Made by a program: the position numbers and the translations under genes
Origin: Octopus bimaculoides
Taxonomy: Eukaryota
Direction of reading: 5' to 3'
Length of the DNA stretch: 55,945 nt
Assembly (NCBI RefSeq): GCF_001194135.2
Contig: NC_068991.1
Location: forward strand, 58,261,322-58,317,266
Part shown: positions 39,581 through 51,100 of the stretch, in pieces
Position numbering within the stretch: the stretch's first letter is position 1
Layout of the letters: each line of letters begins with the position of its first letter
Notes under the pieces: generated by a model
The model's database searches: none
What the model was told of the DNA's origin: nothing
Seen by the model: the letters and a program-made list of their open reading frames with translations, nothing else

Positions 39581-40579
39581 TACACAGATATATCTATTTT
39601 TGTGTGTGTTGTGTGTCTGTAATTACATAACCTAGAGATAATTCTCATCATAGGAAAGACATGCAAACATTTGTTCGTATGTCAACATGTGTTTAAAATT
39701 TATTCTAGCAGCCAAGACATATAAATGCTTATTGTTTCCCTAATAAATGCAAGAATTATCACAAGCTCATTCCAACAATAAATTGGAATATGTTTGGTTT
39801 CAAACTGTTCTCAAGGTCTGTTGTTGTTACGTCGAATTAGAATTCTTTTTCTTTTTCTTTTTCTTTTTCTGAATGTCTGCATGTGTTATTCAATTTTGCA
39901 TTTATATGTCTTCTTAGTACATACACGCAATTTTTTTCTTTGTTTTGCCAGCAGCGCTAAGACAAAAATAATTAACAACCTCTAATAACAGCATGGTTTT
40001 ACATACGTAACCCCACTTTCAAATACACTTACTTCATCTGTAATAACATTGGAAAGAAAATGAGATATACATTCCAGGATGGGACTATATATATCTATCC
40101 CAATACCAAAACTGTTGCCAATCCATCTGATGCATTCCTTAAAATATCGTGACCAATTTTCAAAATCCTTTTTGACATCAATTACAGCCATGGCGCGTCC
40201 GTCAGCACTCATTTCGAAGAAAGGCTGCAACAGCTGCCTGCTTCAAATTGAACTTCGCATAAACATCTCTATATATAATTTCGCTCGAATATCGTCAGTC
40301 CACGAAGCTCATCCCCAGATCTCTATAATCCATACGTACATGTATACTTATATACATGTATACTTATATACATGTATACTTATATACATGTATACATATA
40401 TACATAAAGATTTTCATAAAGTACTCAATGGTCCTTATATAGTTCGACGTAGACCACCGGTGAATTTAGGGGTGTATGAAGGTGCGTCACCGATTTTTGA
40501 GAAGCCCATTTAAGCCCTTATATGATGCAAAGTAATATTTCTGCCTTTTGCTAAGACAGCGATCTGGGAGAATCATTAG

Positions 40580-40770
40580 TAGAAGTCGCAGCATGATTAG
40601 CAGTATTTCGTCTGTCTTTACGTTCTGAGTCCAAATTTCGCTGAAGTTGACTCTGCCCTTTTATCGTTTCGGGGTTGATAAGATAAGTGCCAGTTAACCA
40701 CAGGGGTCGATATAATCGATTCCAACCCGCCCCTAATCTTGCTGGACTTGTGCCAAATTTTGAAACCAGT
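40580..40770 (+). mobile_element. SINE-A copy, moderately diverged
   Basis: gcagtatttcgtctgtctttacgttctgagtccaaatttcgctgaagttgactctgcc...ggggtcgatataatcga...cttgtgccaaattttgaaacc. Confidence 0.8.
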
Positions 40771-40779
40771 ATTTCCGTC

Positions 40780-41195
40780 TTCTTCCGGCCGAGTAACCCA
40801 TCCCGCTCAAAAGGTCACTGAATAAAGGTTGTTTAAGGATGTTGAGCTAAACACCCATGTTTCCAAAGGTGAATTATTCAAACCCCAAAGAATTCCTCTC
40901 AACACAGGGCTATGATGCTACCCCACTGCTTCTGCTCGTGATCAGAGATGCACATATCGTCAGCCACTAAGGAACATGCTCAACTGGTTACAGTCAAACA
41001 ACTGACAGGCAAATCTGTGGTATTGAGCAGAATATTTGCTGCAGCCCATCTTTTATAACCAAGACAAAACAATGTACATGATAACACTTCCAATCAATTA
41101 AGATCAGAAGCCATGAGAGCCACTGCCTGGTACTGCATCCGGGCATGGTACTGCATCCGGGCAATGGGACTGCATCCGGGCAGCTGTACTGCAAT
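40780..41195 (-). mobile_element. Unclassified repeat-like element abutting a (ATT)n tract, with a reiterated terminus
   Basis: About 360 bp of balanced-GC non-coding sequence ending in three 18-19-bp units (tggtactgcatccgggca), then (ATT)n. I recall it as an abundant octopus repeat, but it is single-copy within this window, so this is unverified. Confidence 0.45.
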
Positions 41196-41211
41196 TATTG
41201 TTGTTGTTGTC

Positions 41212-41292
<81 letters not shown>

Positions 41293-41305
41293 GTTGTAAT
41301 TGTTG

Positions 41306-41343
<38 letters not shown>

Positions 41344-41368
41344 ATTATTATTATTATTATTGTTATTT

Positions 41369-41456
<88 letters not shown>
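41195..41456. repeat. (ATT)n microsatellite with GTT variants
   Basis: About 260 bp read directly from the sequence. Confidence 0.98.
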
Positions 41457-41457
<1 letters not shown>

Positions 41458-41703
41458 CAATTCATTGACATGTAACCAATTAACTAATCAATCAATTGTT
41501 TAATAATTCGCTAGTCACATAGTCTGTCATTCTGGCACATTCCATGAACTCCTCTATGACATACCTTCTCTTCTCTACTGTGTCTCCTAGTTTTCAGATT
41601 CCGTATTATATAATGATAAGTGAATACGTGAAAAAGAAAAGAGTGTTTATGTGTATGTGTACATGTCTATGAATGCGCTTCGTGATAACGTGGATTATTT
41701 AAG

Positions 41704-41890
41704 TATGCGGAGATGCTGAAGAGTCCGTACTTTGGGTAAAAGAAAATACGGGAGGATCACTTAATTATGATTTTATTCAACATATTCTCCTCCGTGATTC
41801 ACACACTTATTGCAGTGGTCTCTCAGCTTTTCTAAGCCCTATAAAAGAACTCGGAAATTTGGGTCTCCAGCCAGGTCTTTCGTAATACCT
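41704..41890 (-). mobile_element. Short mariner-derived non-autonomous element (one TIR plus transposase C-terminus)
   Basis: TIR-like tatgcggagatgctgaagagtcc..tttgggtaaaag at 41704. The minus strand encodes a decayed SEFF..GLEKL.DHCNKCVNHGGEYVE* C-terminus. The other end is replaced by a SINE-C insertion. Confidence 0.6.
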
Positions 41891-42180
41891 GTATAGCCAG
41901 GCACAAGTCCGGGCAAGGTTGTTTATGGATGACCAGCAGTCGCCCATGCATACCAGCCTCCCCTCTCCACGAAACCGGTGCTATCCAAGGGAAATGCAAA
42001 GGCCAAAACAGCTTGGCACCTGTGACGTCACAACTCATTTCTACAGCTGAGTGAACTGGAGCAACGTGAAATAAAGTGTCTTGCTCAAGAACACAACACA
42101 CAGCCCGGTCCGGGATTCGAATTCACAACCTTACGATCATTAGAGCTCGACGCTCTAACCACTGAGCCATGCGCCTTCAC
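41891..42180 (-). mobile_element. tRNA-derived SINE (family C)
   Basis: Minus-strand head gtgaaggcgcatggctcagtggttagagcgtcg (A box), gaattcgaatccc (B box), central gtgttcttgagcaagacactttatttcacgttgctccagttcactcagctg. A second copy lies at 13228-13372. Confidence 0.85.
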
Positions 42181-42236
42181 AATATATATGTACACACACA
42201 CACACATACACACACATACACACACATATACACACA

Positions 42237-42305
<69 letters not shown>

Positions 42306-42389
42306 ATATATATTGCTCTTAGAAACGAGATTACTAACAATGAACCCGACCGCTCTCAAAAATTAAGTAAAAAAAAAAAAAAGAAGAAA

Positions 42390-42585
42390 AATAATCCAAA
42401 ATCCTTGTCCGGTACCGAATCGATCCCAAAATATAATCAGTTCGTGCCAGTGATGACGCCAAACATCCCTGAATGTTTCATCTGAATCCATCGAGTGGTT
42501 CTTGAGATATTATGTCCACGGACAAACAAACATACAAATACGACTGAAAACAATACCTCTGACTTAGTGACGGTGGAAGCAAATA
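42390..42585 (+). mobile_element. Possible Helentron-associated (HINE/DINE-like) non-autonomous element
   Basis: Layout aatccatcgagtggttcttgagatatt...acggacaaacaaacatacaaa...aaaacaatacctctg...gacggtggaagcaaat: a short (CAAA) microsatellite followed by a decayed terminal stem-loop. Resembles HINE architecture; not verified. Confidence 0.4.
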
Positions 42586-42724
42586 TAGAAGAATAAACAA
42601 ATAAATAAATACATAAACAGATAAACATTTAAAATCATGCCTTTTACATAAATCATTATATATCTACGCACAGGCGCGAGCACACATACACATATTCCTT
42701 CATACTTACAAATTACGAACTATG

Positions 42725-42870
42725 AGCGCACAGGTGCATATGAAGGCACACAAGCAGGAGCACATGCGGGCGCATATGCGGGCGTACATGCGGGTGCACA
42801 TTCGGGCGCACATGCGGTCGCACATGAGGGTGCACATGCGGGCGTACATGCGGGCGCACACAAGGGCGCA
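42725..42870. repeat. GC-rich 12-bp minisatellite (cacatgcgggcg consensus)
   Basis: About nine well-formed units from 42761 plus about three degenerate units upstream. Gives (RPHV)n and (MRAH)n pseudo-ORFs. Confidence 0.9.
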
Positions 42871-44214
42871 CATACACAGACCCACGCACTCTTTCCGGCA
42901 CTCTTACATAATTTTAATTATACATATAGAATCTAAAAACTAAAATACAGACAGATCAGGAATAGAGATTTAATGACTTTCAAGAGATCGAGAATGACTA
43001 CGATAGGATTCACAGTAAGCTAACTGTTTGATTGATTGACCGAATACTCAATAAAATTATAGATTAGCTAATTGATTAATCAAAATTTTAAAATAGAAGT
43101 GACATGAGACCAGTGCCTGTGTTTCTTGGACTAATGAACTACCCAAAATGCAGTGACAAGAATCAGACAAACCGAAGACAAAATACATATTTTAACCTCA
43201 AACCACGAATATTCTGCAGTTTTCTATAATCTGTTAGAAAGTTTTGAACTTCATAAAAGTTGTTGGTTTAACTTTTCAAGCAAAGTCCTCCTATTTCATT
43301 TTGTACTGTCGATACGAAAAGGGCCGCTTTTTTTTCGAATGTTTTACAAGTTCCACTCTGTGCCATCCAGTCCAAAACAATGAAGACTACTAATCAGATA
43401 GTCCATGCTACCAATTCATGTATACAAACGTACAACTGCACACATATATATAAATACATATGAGCATAAATAAAATTATGTATACAAATATATTCATATG
43501 TACATGCATATATGTCTGTCTGTCTGTGTGATCTGTGTGTGTGTGTGTGTGCATATATAAATAGAAGTGTGCGTATGTATGTATGCAGGTATATATATTC
43601 ATATATATATATATACGTTACGTCTGTAGGTATATAGATGTATCTATATATATATGATGTGCCTGTGTGTGTCCTTGTGTGCAGACACCTCTGTGTACGT
43701 GTGTCTTTGTTGACATGTAAAAGTTGTTTCGTATCCACTCACCAAAATGAAGAGAAGCTTTAGCCAGAAAGAGTTGATATTATCAGACAGTATCCAATGA
43801 TTATCGGGATTTTCGACCCTGAACTCTAACCCCTCCCGTTGGTTGGTCAGCAGCGGTGACCAAATCTCCGTCCATCATCTCCTCCCATTTATATGCATGC
43901 ACACCCATACACACGCACACACACGCGCGCACACACACACACATAAACACACACAGAATCACACACACATACACACACACACACACGCACGCACACACGC
44001 ACCCAGCATTCTTTGTAATGAATATTAACTTGCACATTCAACGTAACTTCCAGGTGGTGTTTTGAACGCCTAAGGCTACCTTAATCGTGCTGAGATATAA
44101 GGATATGCACGCGCGCGCGCACCCACACAAACACACACATGCACGCACATTCACACAAACACACAACACACATGCGCATGCACGCACACGTGTATATTTG
44201 CTTACCTGCTGCTA

Positions 44215-44228
44215 GATAGATAGCTAGC

Positions 44229-44288
<60 letters not shown>

Positions 44289-44306
44289 CAGATAGATAGA
44301 TAGACG

Positions 44307-44356
<50 letters not shown>

Positions 44357-44361
44357 AAGGC

Positions 44362-44454
<93 letters not shown>

Positions 44455-44455
44455 C
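44215..44455. repeat. (GATA)n/(GACA)n microsatellite
   Basis: Read directly from the sequence. Confidence 0.97.
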
Positions 44456-44528
44456 AAATAGTTTAAACGGAAGACAAGACCCTTGCAAATCCTGATAGCG
44501 GCTATCTCTGATTTTATTCTCTTTGTAG

Positions 44529-44619
44529 GACTACAGAAGAAAGATTGCAGTGTATAACACTGTCTGACTATGAGTTCTGTCCCTTCAACAGAAAGCTAAT
44601 TAATAGTCACACAAACTTG
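44529..44619 (+). other. Candidate internal exon (91 nt), product unknown
   Basis: Acceptor ctctgattttattctctttgtag|G and donor TTG|gtgaga. One frame is open ([31 protein letters not shown]). No recognisable homology. Confidence 0.25.
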
Positions 44620-45800
44620 GTGAGATGCCTACAGCATTAATAAGAACGATGATGAAAATTGATAACTTGTATTTAGATAAAGATAGTGGCGAAGTGTAAT
44701 TATCTCAACATTGAATGTAAATACGAAAAATACGATAGAAAGAATCTAACGAAGAAGACATCTTGGACAAACAGACAAGTTATTATTTCTATTGTAGTGT
44801 ATTAATCAAAACTTACATTTCGAGATTCACGCTAAAATGTGTCTAGGAATTCATTAATTCGTTTTGCATTCCTATATTATTTCTTTTCCACACTATTTTC
44901 TTCTGTGTTTGTATATTTATGATGTTTATATCGATACTGATTAATTATCCACGAAAGTAGTATTGTTATTTATAGTTCATTCGTATAAATTCTAGTTAAA
45001 TCAGAATATATATTGCGTTTCAATAACAGATGCAACGGATTACAATTTCTCATTCAATTCTTAATCTCTCTGCTATATAAGACAACTAATATCTAATATG
45101 CTTAAAGCATTATTAACCCTTAAATATATTGAGAATGCTCAAGATTGAAAGAAACATGTTAGCTGTTATGGAACTTAAATCTCTCTATGTTTTAATTCGA
45201 TATAAAAGATGGAAAGTGTTCATATCGAGACGTAAGGGGAGATTATAAATTCTACTCTCCCTCTTCTCTCATTTCAAATCTCTTTCTTTGTGTGTCCGTG
45301 TGCGTGTGTGTTCTCTACTCTTTATCTGTGTGTGAGTGTGTGATTGCGTGCGTGTTTGTGTGTGTGTATGTGATCTTCTCTTTATCTCTGTGTGGCACTG
45401 AACTTCTTTTACTCTCTATCTTATATTAATAATTCTATCTCCAATTAACTCTCTTTCTCGCTTACGCTCTCTCTCTATCTCTCTTTGTTTTTCTCTTGTA
45501 TATTTTGTTCTCTCTCCTCTTTCATCCCTTTCTATTTTTCTATATTTCTTTATCTCTCTTTACAGCAACATCATATTTGATTGTTTCAGTCATTGGTATT
45601 CGGCCATATTATATATGTTTTTTTCCCCTTTTTCTTAAGTTCCGTACTTTGATTCAATACGTTTCATTTGTCAAACCACTGATTTACTGTACGAGGATAT
45701 AAACAAACCGACAGCGATTGCCAAGCGTTGGGGAAGTGGCGAACAGAGACACACATACAAATAAACATATATACACGCAAATATATACACATACATACAA

Positions 45801-45843
<43 letters not shown>

Positions 45844-46330
45844 NNNNNNNNNNNNNNNNNNNNNNNNNNNNNNNNNNNNNNNNNNNNNNNNNNNNNNNNN
45901 NNNNNNNNNNNNNNNNNNNNNNNNNNNNNNNNNNNNNNNNNNNNNNNNNNNNNNNNNNNNNNNNNNNNNNNNNNNNNNNNNNNNNNNNNNNNNNNNNNNN
46001 NNNNNNNNNNNNNNNNNNNNNNNNNNNNNNNNNNNNNNNNNNNNNNNNNNNNNNNNNNNNNNNNNNNNNNNNNNNNNNNNNNNNNNNNNNNNNNNNNNNN
46101 NNNNNNNNNNNNNNNNNNNNNNNNNNNNNNNNNNNNNNNNNNNNNNNNNNNNNNNNNNNNNNNNNNNNNNNNNNNNNNNNNNTATGCATATGTGTATCTA
46201 TGAGTGTGTGTGTGTTTGAGTATGTCTATGTGTTTGTGTGTGAGTGTGTGTGTGTGCATGTGTGTGTGCATGTGTGAATATATATATATATATGTATATG
46301 TATACATATATTTATATATGTATGTATGTA

Positions 46331-47085
46331 GAGACGATCTGAAACATGCAAGAGCATCTAGCAAAAACCACCAACAAAGAACACTATTAGTCTCCTTCGA
46401 TGTCATCAAACTCTACACTAACATTCCACATGACTACGGAATAGAGGCAATAAAATTTTGGTTAGAAAAATACACCGAAGTTCTCCTGGGCCGTATAAAC
46501 CTGACTTTTGTCAGTGAATCTCTGAAGTTTATCCTACGAAATTACTTCCTATTCGATGAAACACTATCGCCAAAAATGCGTTATTGCGATGGGAACGAGA
46601 GCAGCACGTGGCCTTGCGAACCTAATAATAGGTTTCATTGAATCTACCCTATATGAACTTTTGCTGCATAATGAACAGATTCGTTTCCCTCAATACAGGC
46701 ACATAGCCCTGAGCGAAGATATCGACAGAAGCGCAAGAAATAAAACACGGATTTTCCATATTTTTCCATTATGCCAATGCAAAGATTCAATCTCCTTACA
46801 AGAACGTCTTAACAAGGAAACCCTGTTCATACAAAAGTACAGACCACACCTTAAAACTCGACTACCTGACACTTATACATTCCTATTTTAACAATTATAC
46901 CGAGGAGTTATTTGCCCCCCTTGCCACCTGTCCCCCCTCCCCTTTGTCCACTCTCTAGACTCATTCTTACTTTTCAATTTTCGAAAATAGCGAGTCCTCT
47001 TTGTCACTAGAAATGATTACTTCACACTCTCCCTTGAAAAGCTAATTTAAATAGCAAAAACTGGTTGGATATCACGACATACACA
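46331..47085 (+). mobile_element. Penelope-like element (PLE), internally deleted: RT N-terminal half, GIY-YIG C-terminus and 3' UTR
   Basis: Reads TLLVSFDVIKLYTNIPHDYGIEAIKFWLEK...LKFILRNYFLF, then after a frameshift HYRQKCVIAMGTRAARGLANLIIGFIE (PLE RT motifs). Continues directly into LHNEQIRFPQYRHIALSEDID...FHIFPLCQC...ERLNKETLFIQKYRPHL (GIY-YIG-like C-terminus). Confidence 0.85.
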
Positions 47086-47096
47086 AAATATGTATA

Positions 47097-48148
47097 TGTC
47101 AGGTCATACCATATGTTCTGTCCGGATTTTGAATAAAGAAAACAAGTGATCAAATGTTATACTTAATCGAAATTTAATCATCAATGTACTTTCCCTGATT
47201 ATCTATGACTTCCTTCCATCTATTTACAAGCTTTTAAATCCTATCAGCGTAAAACTCTTGCATTTAAATCCTATCAACGTAAAACTCTTTTGGTTTTAAA
47301 ACGAAGAACTGTGAAATGTCAGTTTCGACCTCCTCCAGGCTTGCGAAAGTTATGTCACCTAAGTGATTCTGTAAACTACGAAACAAACGGTAGCTTGAAG
47401 GAATTTTTTCCCAACCAAGCTCTTCGATCTTCTGTTATGTGATTTTTGCAGTATGGAGTCGGGCATTGTCCTGATGAATCATCACTCCTTTTCAATTCAA
47501 TAAAGCAGGTCTTTTTTCTTCAAAGCTTGGTTCAAACGCTCTACTTGCTGACAGTAGACTTGAGTATTGATTGTTGCATTAGGTGGTAACAATTCAAAGT
47601 GAATTACTCCTTTGCAATCCCAGAAGATAGAGAGAAGAACCATTTTCCCATGAAATTCCCTTCTCGGTTGTGGTTGAGCTTTTCTTTTTCACCAAGCAAC
47701 TGTTTACGACGTTTAACATTTCGATAGAATATCTATTTTTCGTCGCCAGTCACAAGTCTATCCAAAAAGGGTGAAATGAGTTCGCGAGAATGGAGAGAAG
47801 AGCAGATGTCAACTCTGGATTTGCGGTTGCTTTCGGACAATTCATGAGGCACCCATTTTCCAAGTTTAGGAACCTTTCCAAGTTGATGAAGATGACGATG
47901 AACGGTTGTATGGTTTGAACTAAGATTTATTGCCAATTCTTCAAATGATAATGCAGAATTTTCTTCAAGTAATTCCTCAAGGAGTTTATCATCAAACTCA
48001 ACTGCACGTCCTGTTTGATCTTCATCTTCAAGGCTGACATCTCCACTTCTGAATTTTGCAAACCATCTTCTGCAAGTTCTTTCATTCAAGCATACTTTCC
48101 CATAAGCTGAGTGAATGTTTCGAGTCGCTTCGGCTGCAGAGTTTCTGG
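47097..48148 (-). mobile_element. Mariner (D,D34D-type) transposon, 5'-truncated, transposase pseudogene
   Basis: ORF 47733-48212 contains the mariner HTH region (NSAAEATRNI..., RTCRRWFAKFRSGD.SLED), WVPHEL and VTGDEK followed by TAG where W is expected. Downstream frames give IHQDNA (second Asp), KIEELGWEKIP-SSYRLFRSLQNHL and the C-terminus LVNRWKEVIDNQGKYIDD. A TIR-like end (tcaggtcataccatatgttctgtcc) follows a TA run at ~47093-47096. No matching TIR was seen at the 5' end. Confidence 0.93.
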
Positions 48149-49084
48149 TGGACCCCCATCGCCATTCAAGTTTTATAGAAACTTCTTCCAAAATTCCTAT
48201 GTTTTTATTCACACATCAACTTGTGTAGGTTGAACTATGTAAAATGTTAGAGAAAGAAACCCGTTTCTTGCAATACACACCAAAACATACATCTAAAGCA
48301 AAACTCTTGTGGATCTCTAGCTTACCATTTTGTTGTACGGACCCCTAAAATATTATAAGGACCCTCAGGGGCATATAGAGAATCATTAGACTAAACCTTT
48401 CAAGGGGTCGTCACAGCAAGGCCACAGTTCAATGATCGAAACAGGGAAAGAAAAATCTGTTTGAGTCAACAGCAACAAAATCGACGTCGATAATGACAAC
48501 GGTAAAAAAACCACGGATCATGACGACGACAAGAAGAACAACAGCTAGATCAATCACATTAAAGCCATTACGAAAAGTAACAGTTACACAGAACAAGAAG
48601 AATCGCATCAACAACAATAACAAAAACAACAACAACATATGAACAAACACATTATCAACACGATCAACAACAAGAACAAGAAGAGAATCAATGTGTGGTG
48701 TAGTCAACAATAAGTATAACAAGAACAATCTTGACTTTCATTTCAACTAAAACTGCCATCACCACACTAACCACAGACCGTCCTACTATCACACTCCATA
48801 CAGCACTACCAACGCAAATATTTAACATCACCTCCGCCTCACACATACATTATTACCCTACTAGCAACAACAACAATCACAACAACAACAACAACAACGA
48901 CAACAACAGCAGCAGCAGCAGCAAAAAGTGTATAAACCACAGCCACCAACCAACCGACCGGTGCAAATATCGAATGATAAAAGCAGAGACGGCCTTTTAA
49001 AACGGTTGGAATAACGTGATATAAAGAATGGTAAATCTTTATGACAGTTCACTTTTATTAATAGCGCCTACTTACACCAGTTAT

Positions 49085-49560
<476 letters not shown>

Positions 49561-50224
49561 CGCACATGTGTGTGCGGGCAACTTACGAGAGGAAGAGAGA
49601 GAAGGAGAGCTTGAAAGAGCAGATGTGAAAGGAAGAAAGGAAGAAAGAGTGAGGCAAACGGTTAGATATATATATATATATACAGACAGACGGACACACA
49701 GACATATTGTATAAGTCTATGTAAAAATATGTGAACGTTCGTGTTAGATGCATAAATCAATGAAGAAACGTGTGTGTGAGTGTGTGTGTCTGTCTGTGGC
49801 TGCGTCTGTCTGTGTGTGTGGGAGAGAGAAAGAGGAAAATGAATGCGTATAAACTTTCTCTCTGTCTGCCAGTCTCTCGCACTCTCTTTCTCTCCGTCTT
49901 CCTCTCTCTCTCCCTATACGGCTTATACATAACAGTGAGCGTATTAGCTCTGTGCATATATATANNNNNNNNNNNNNNNNNNNNNNNNNNNNNNNNNNNN
50001 NNNNNNNNNNNNNNNNNNNNNNNNNNNNNNNNNNNNNNNNNNNNNNNNNNNNNNNNNNNNNNNNNNNNNNNNNNNNNNNNNNNNNNNNNNNNNNNATATA
50101 TATATTCTCTCTCCTTCCTTTCCCGAGCGTCCAATAACACTATCCGTATCACGTCCTCACTTTGTTGTTTTTTTGTTATTGTTTTTTGTGTTTTTTTAAA
50201 CTTATATATATCTTTTTATATATA

Positions 50225-50445
50225 TCTTTTTATCTGTTGCCTCTTTCAGTCATTAGACTGCGGCCATGCTGGGGCATCGCCTTGAAGAACTGTTAGTCGA
50301 AATAACTGACCCGGGATACTTGTTATCTTTTAAGATTGCTACTTATTCCATCGGTCTCTCACGCCAACTTACGCTACGGGGACGTAAACACACGAAAGCT
50401 GGTTGTCAAGCAGTGATGGAGAGAAACACAGACGAAAAGCACTCA
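50225..50445 (-). mobile_element. SINE-D 3' half
   Basis: ttcagtcattagactgcggccatgctggggcatcgccttgaaga...ggggacgtaaacacac...ggttgtcaagc is the reverse complement of the SINE-D 3' half. Confidence 0.8.
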
Positions 50446-50527
50446 AACACATACATATATACATGCATACATACACACAAACAGCAACACAAGCACATAC
50501 ATATATATACATATATATATACATACG

Positions 50528-50558
<31 letters not shown>

Positions 50559-50663
50559 CCACACACAGCGACACACACAGCGACGCACACACGTACATAT
50601 ATATATATAAGTGCATTCATATACATATATATATATTAATAATATGTATATATATTTATATGA

Positions 50664-50860
50664 GTCTAGGATATTTACCGCCCCACCATGGACAATAACC
50701 TACCAAGGGCAATTACTCATGAGGGCAACAGATGATGATTTAAAACTTCTTAATAATATTGGAGAGGGGGTTAACTAACAAAGTAGGGTAATTGTCCTTG
50801 AGGGTAGTTGTCGTCGTCGGTGGGGGGGGGAGTTGTCCAATGGGGTAATTGTCCTGATAC
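50664..50860. mobile_element. MITE with reiterated sub-terminal GGACAATTACCC motifs
   Basis: Left: ggatatttaccgccc, ggacaataaccc, gggcaattactc. Right, inverted: gggtaattgtcc, gggtagttgtcg, ggagttgtcc, ggggtaattgtcctgatac. Confidence 0.7.
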
Positions 50861-50889
50861 GATATATATACATATATGATGTGTTTAAG

Positions 50890-51045
50890 GTCTCGTAACT
50901 TAGTGGTTTGTCATAGAAAGCGAGAGAATAAATTACAGCATTTTAAAAATAAGAACTGGAGTCGTTTCTTTCCACTGAAATCCTTGAAAGGGGATGACCC
51001 AGCATTGTCAGAGGCTAATGACTGAAACAAGGGAAAGATAGAAAA
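50890..51045 (+). mobile_element. SINE-D 3' half, diverged
   Basis: tctcgtaacttagtggttt...aataagaactggagtcg...ccagcattg...ctaatgactgaaacaag. Confidence 0.65.
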
Positions 51046-51100
51046 TTACTATTTATAATTCAAACAGCGAGAGATATTCAGCAACCGTACTCTAGACTAA

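Noticed and set aside
42105-42180. tRNA genes at SINE heads (also 53440-53517, 53986-54060, 32650-32716)
   Set aside because: A and B boxes are present, but there is no complete cloverleaf or acceptor stem, and each head continues into a shared SINE body.
44198-44215. Perfect minus-strand donor CAG|gtaagc
   Set aside because: The would-be exon upstream is pure (TATC)n microsatellite.
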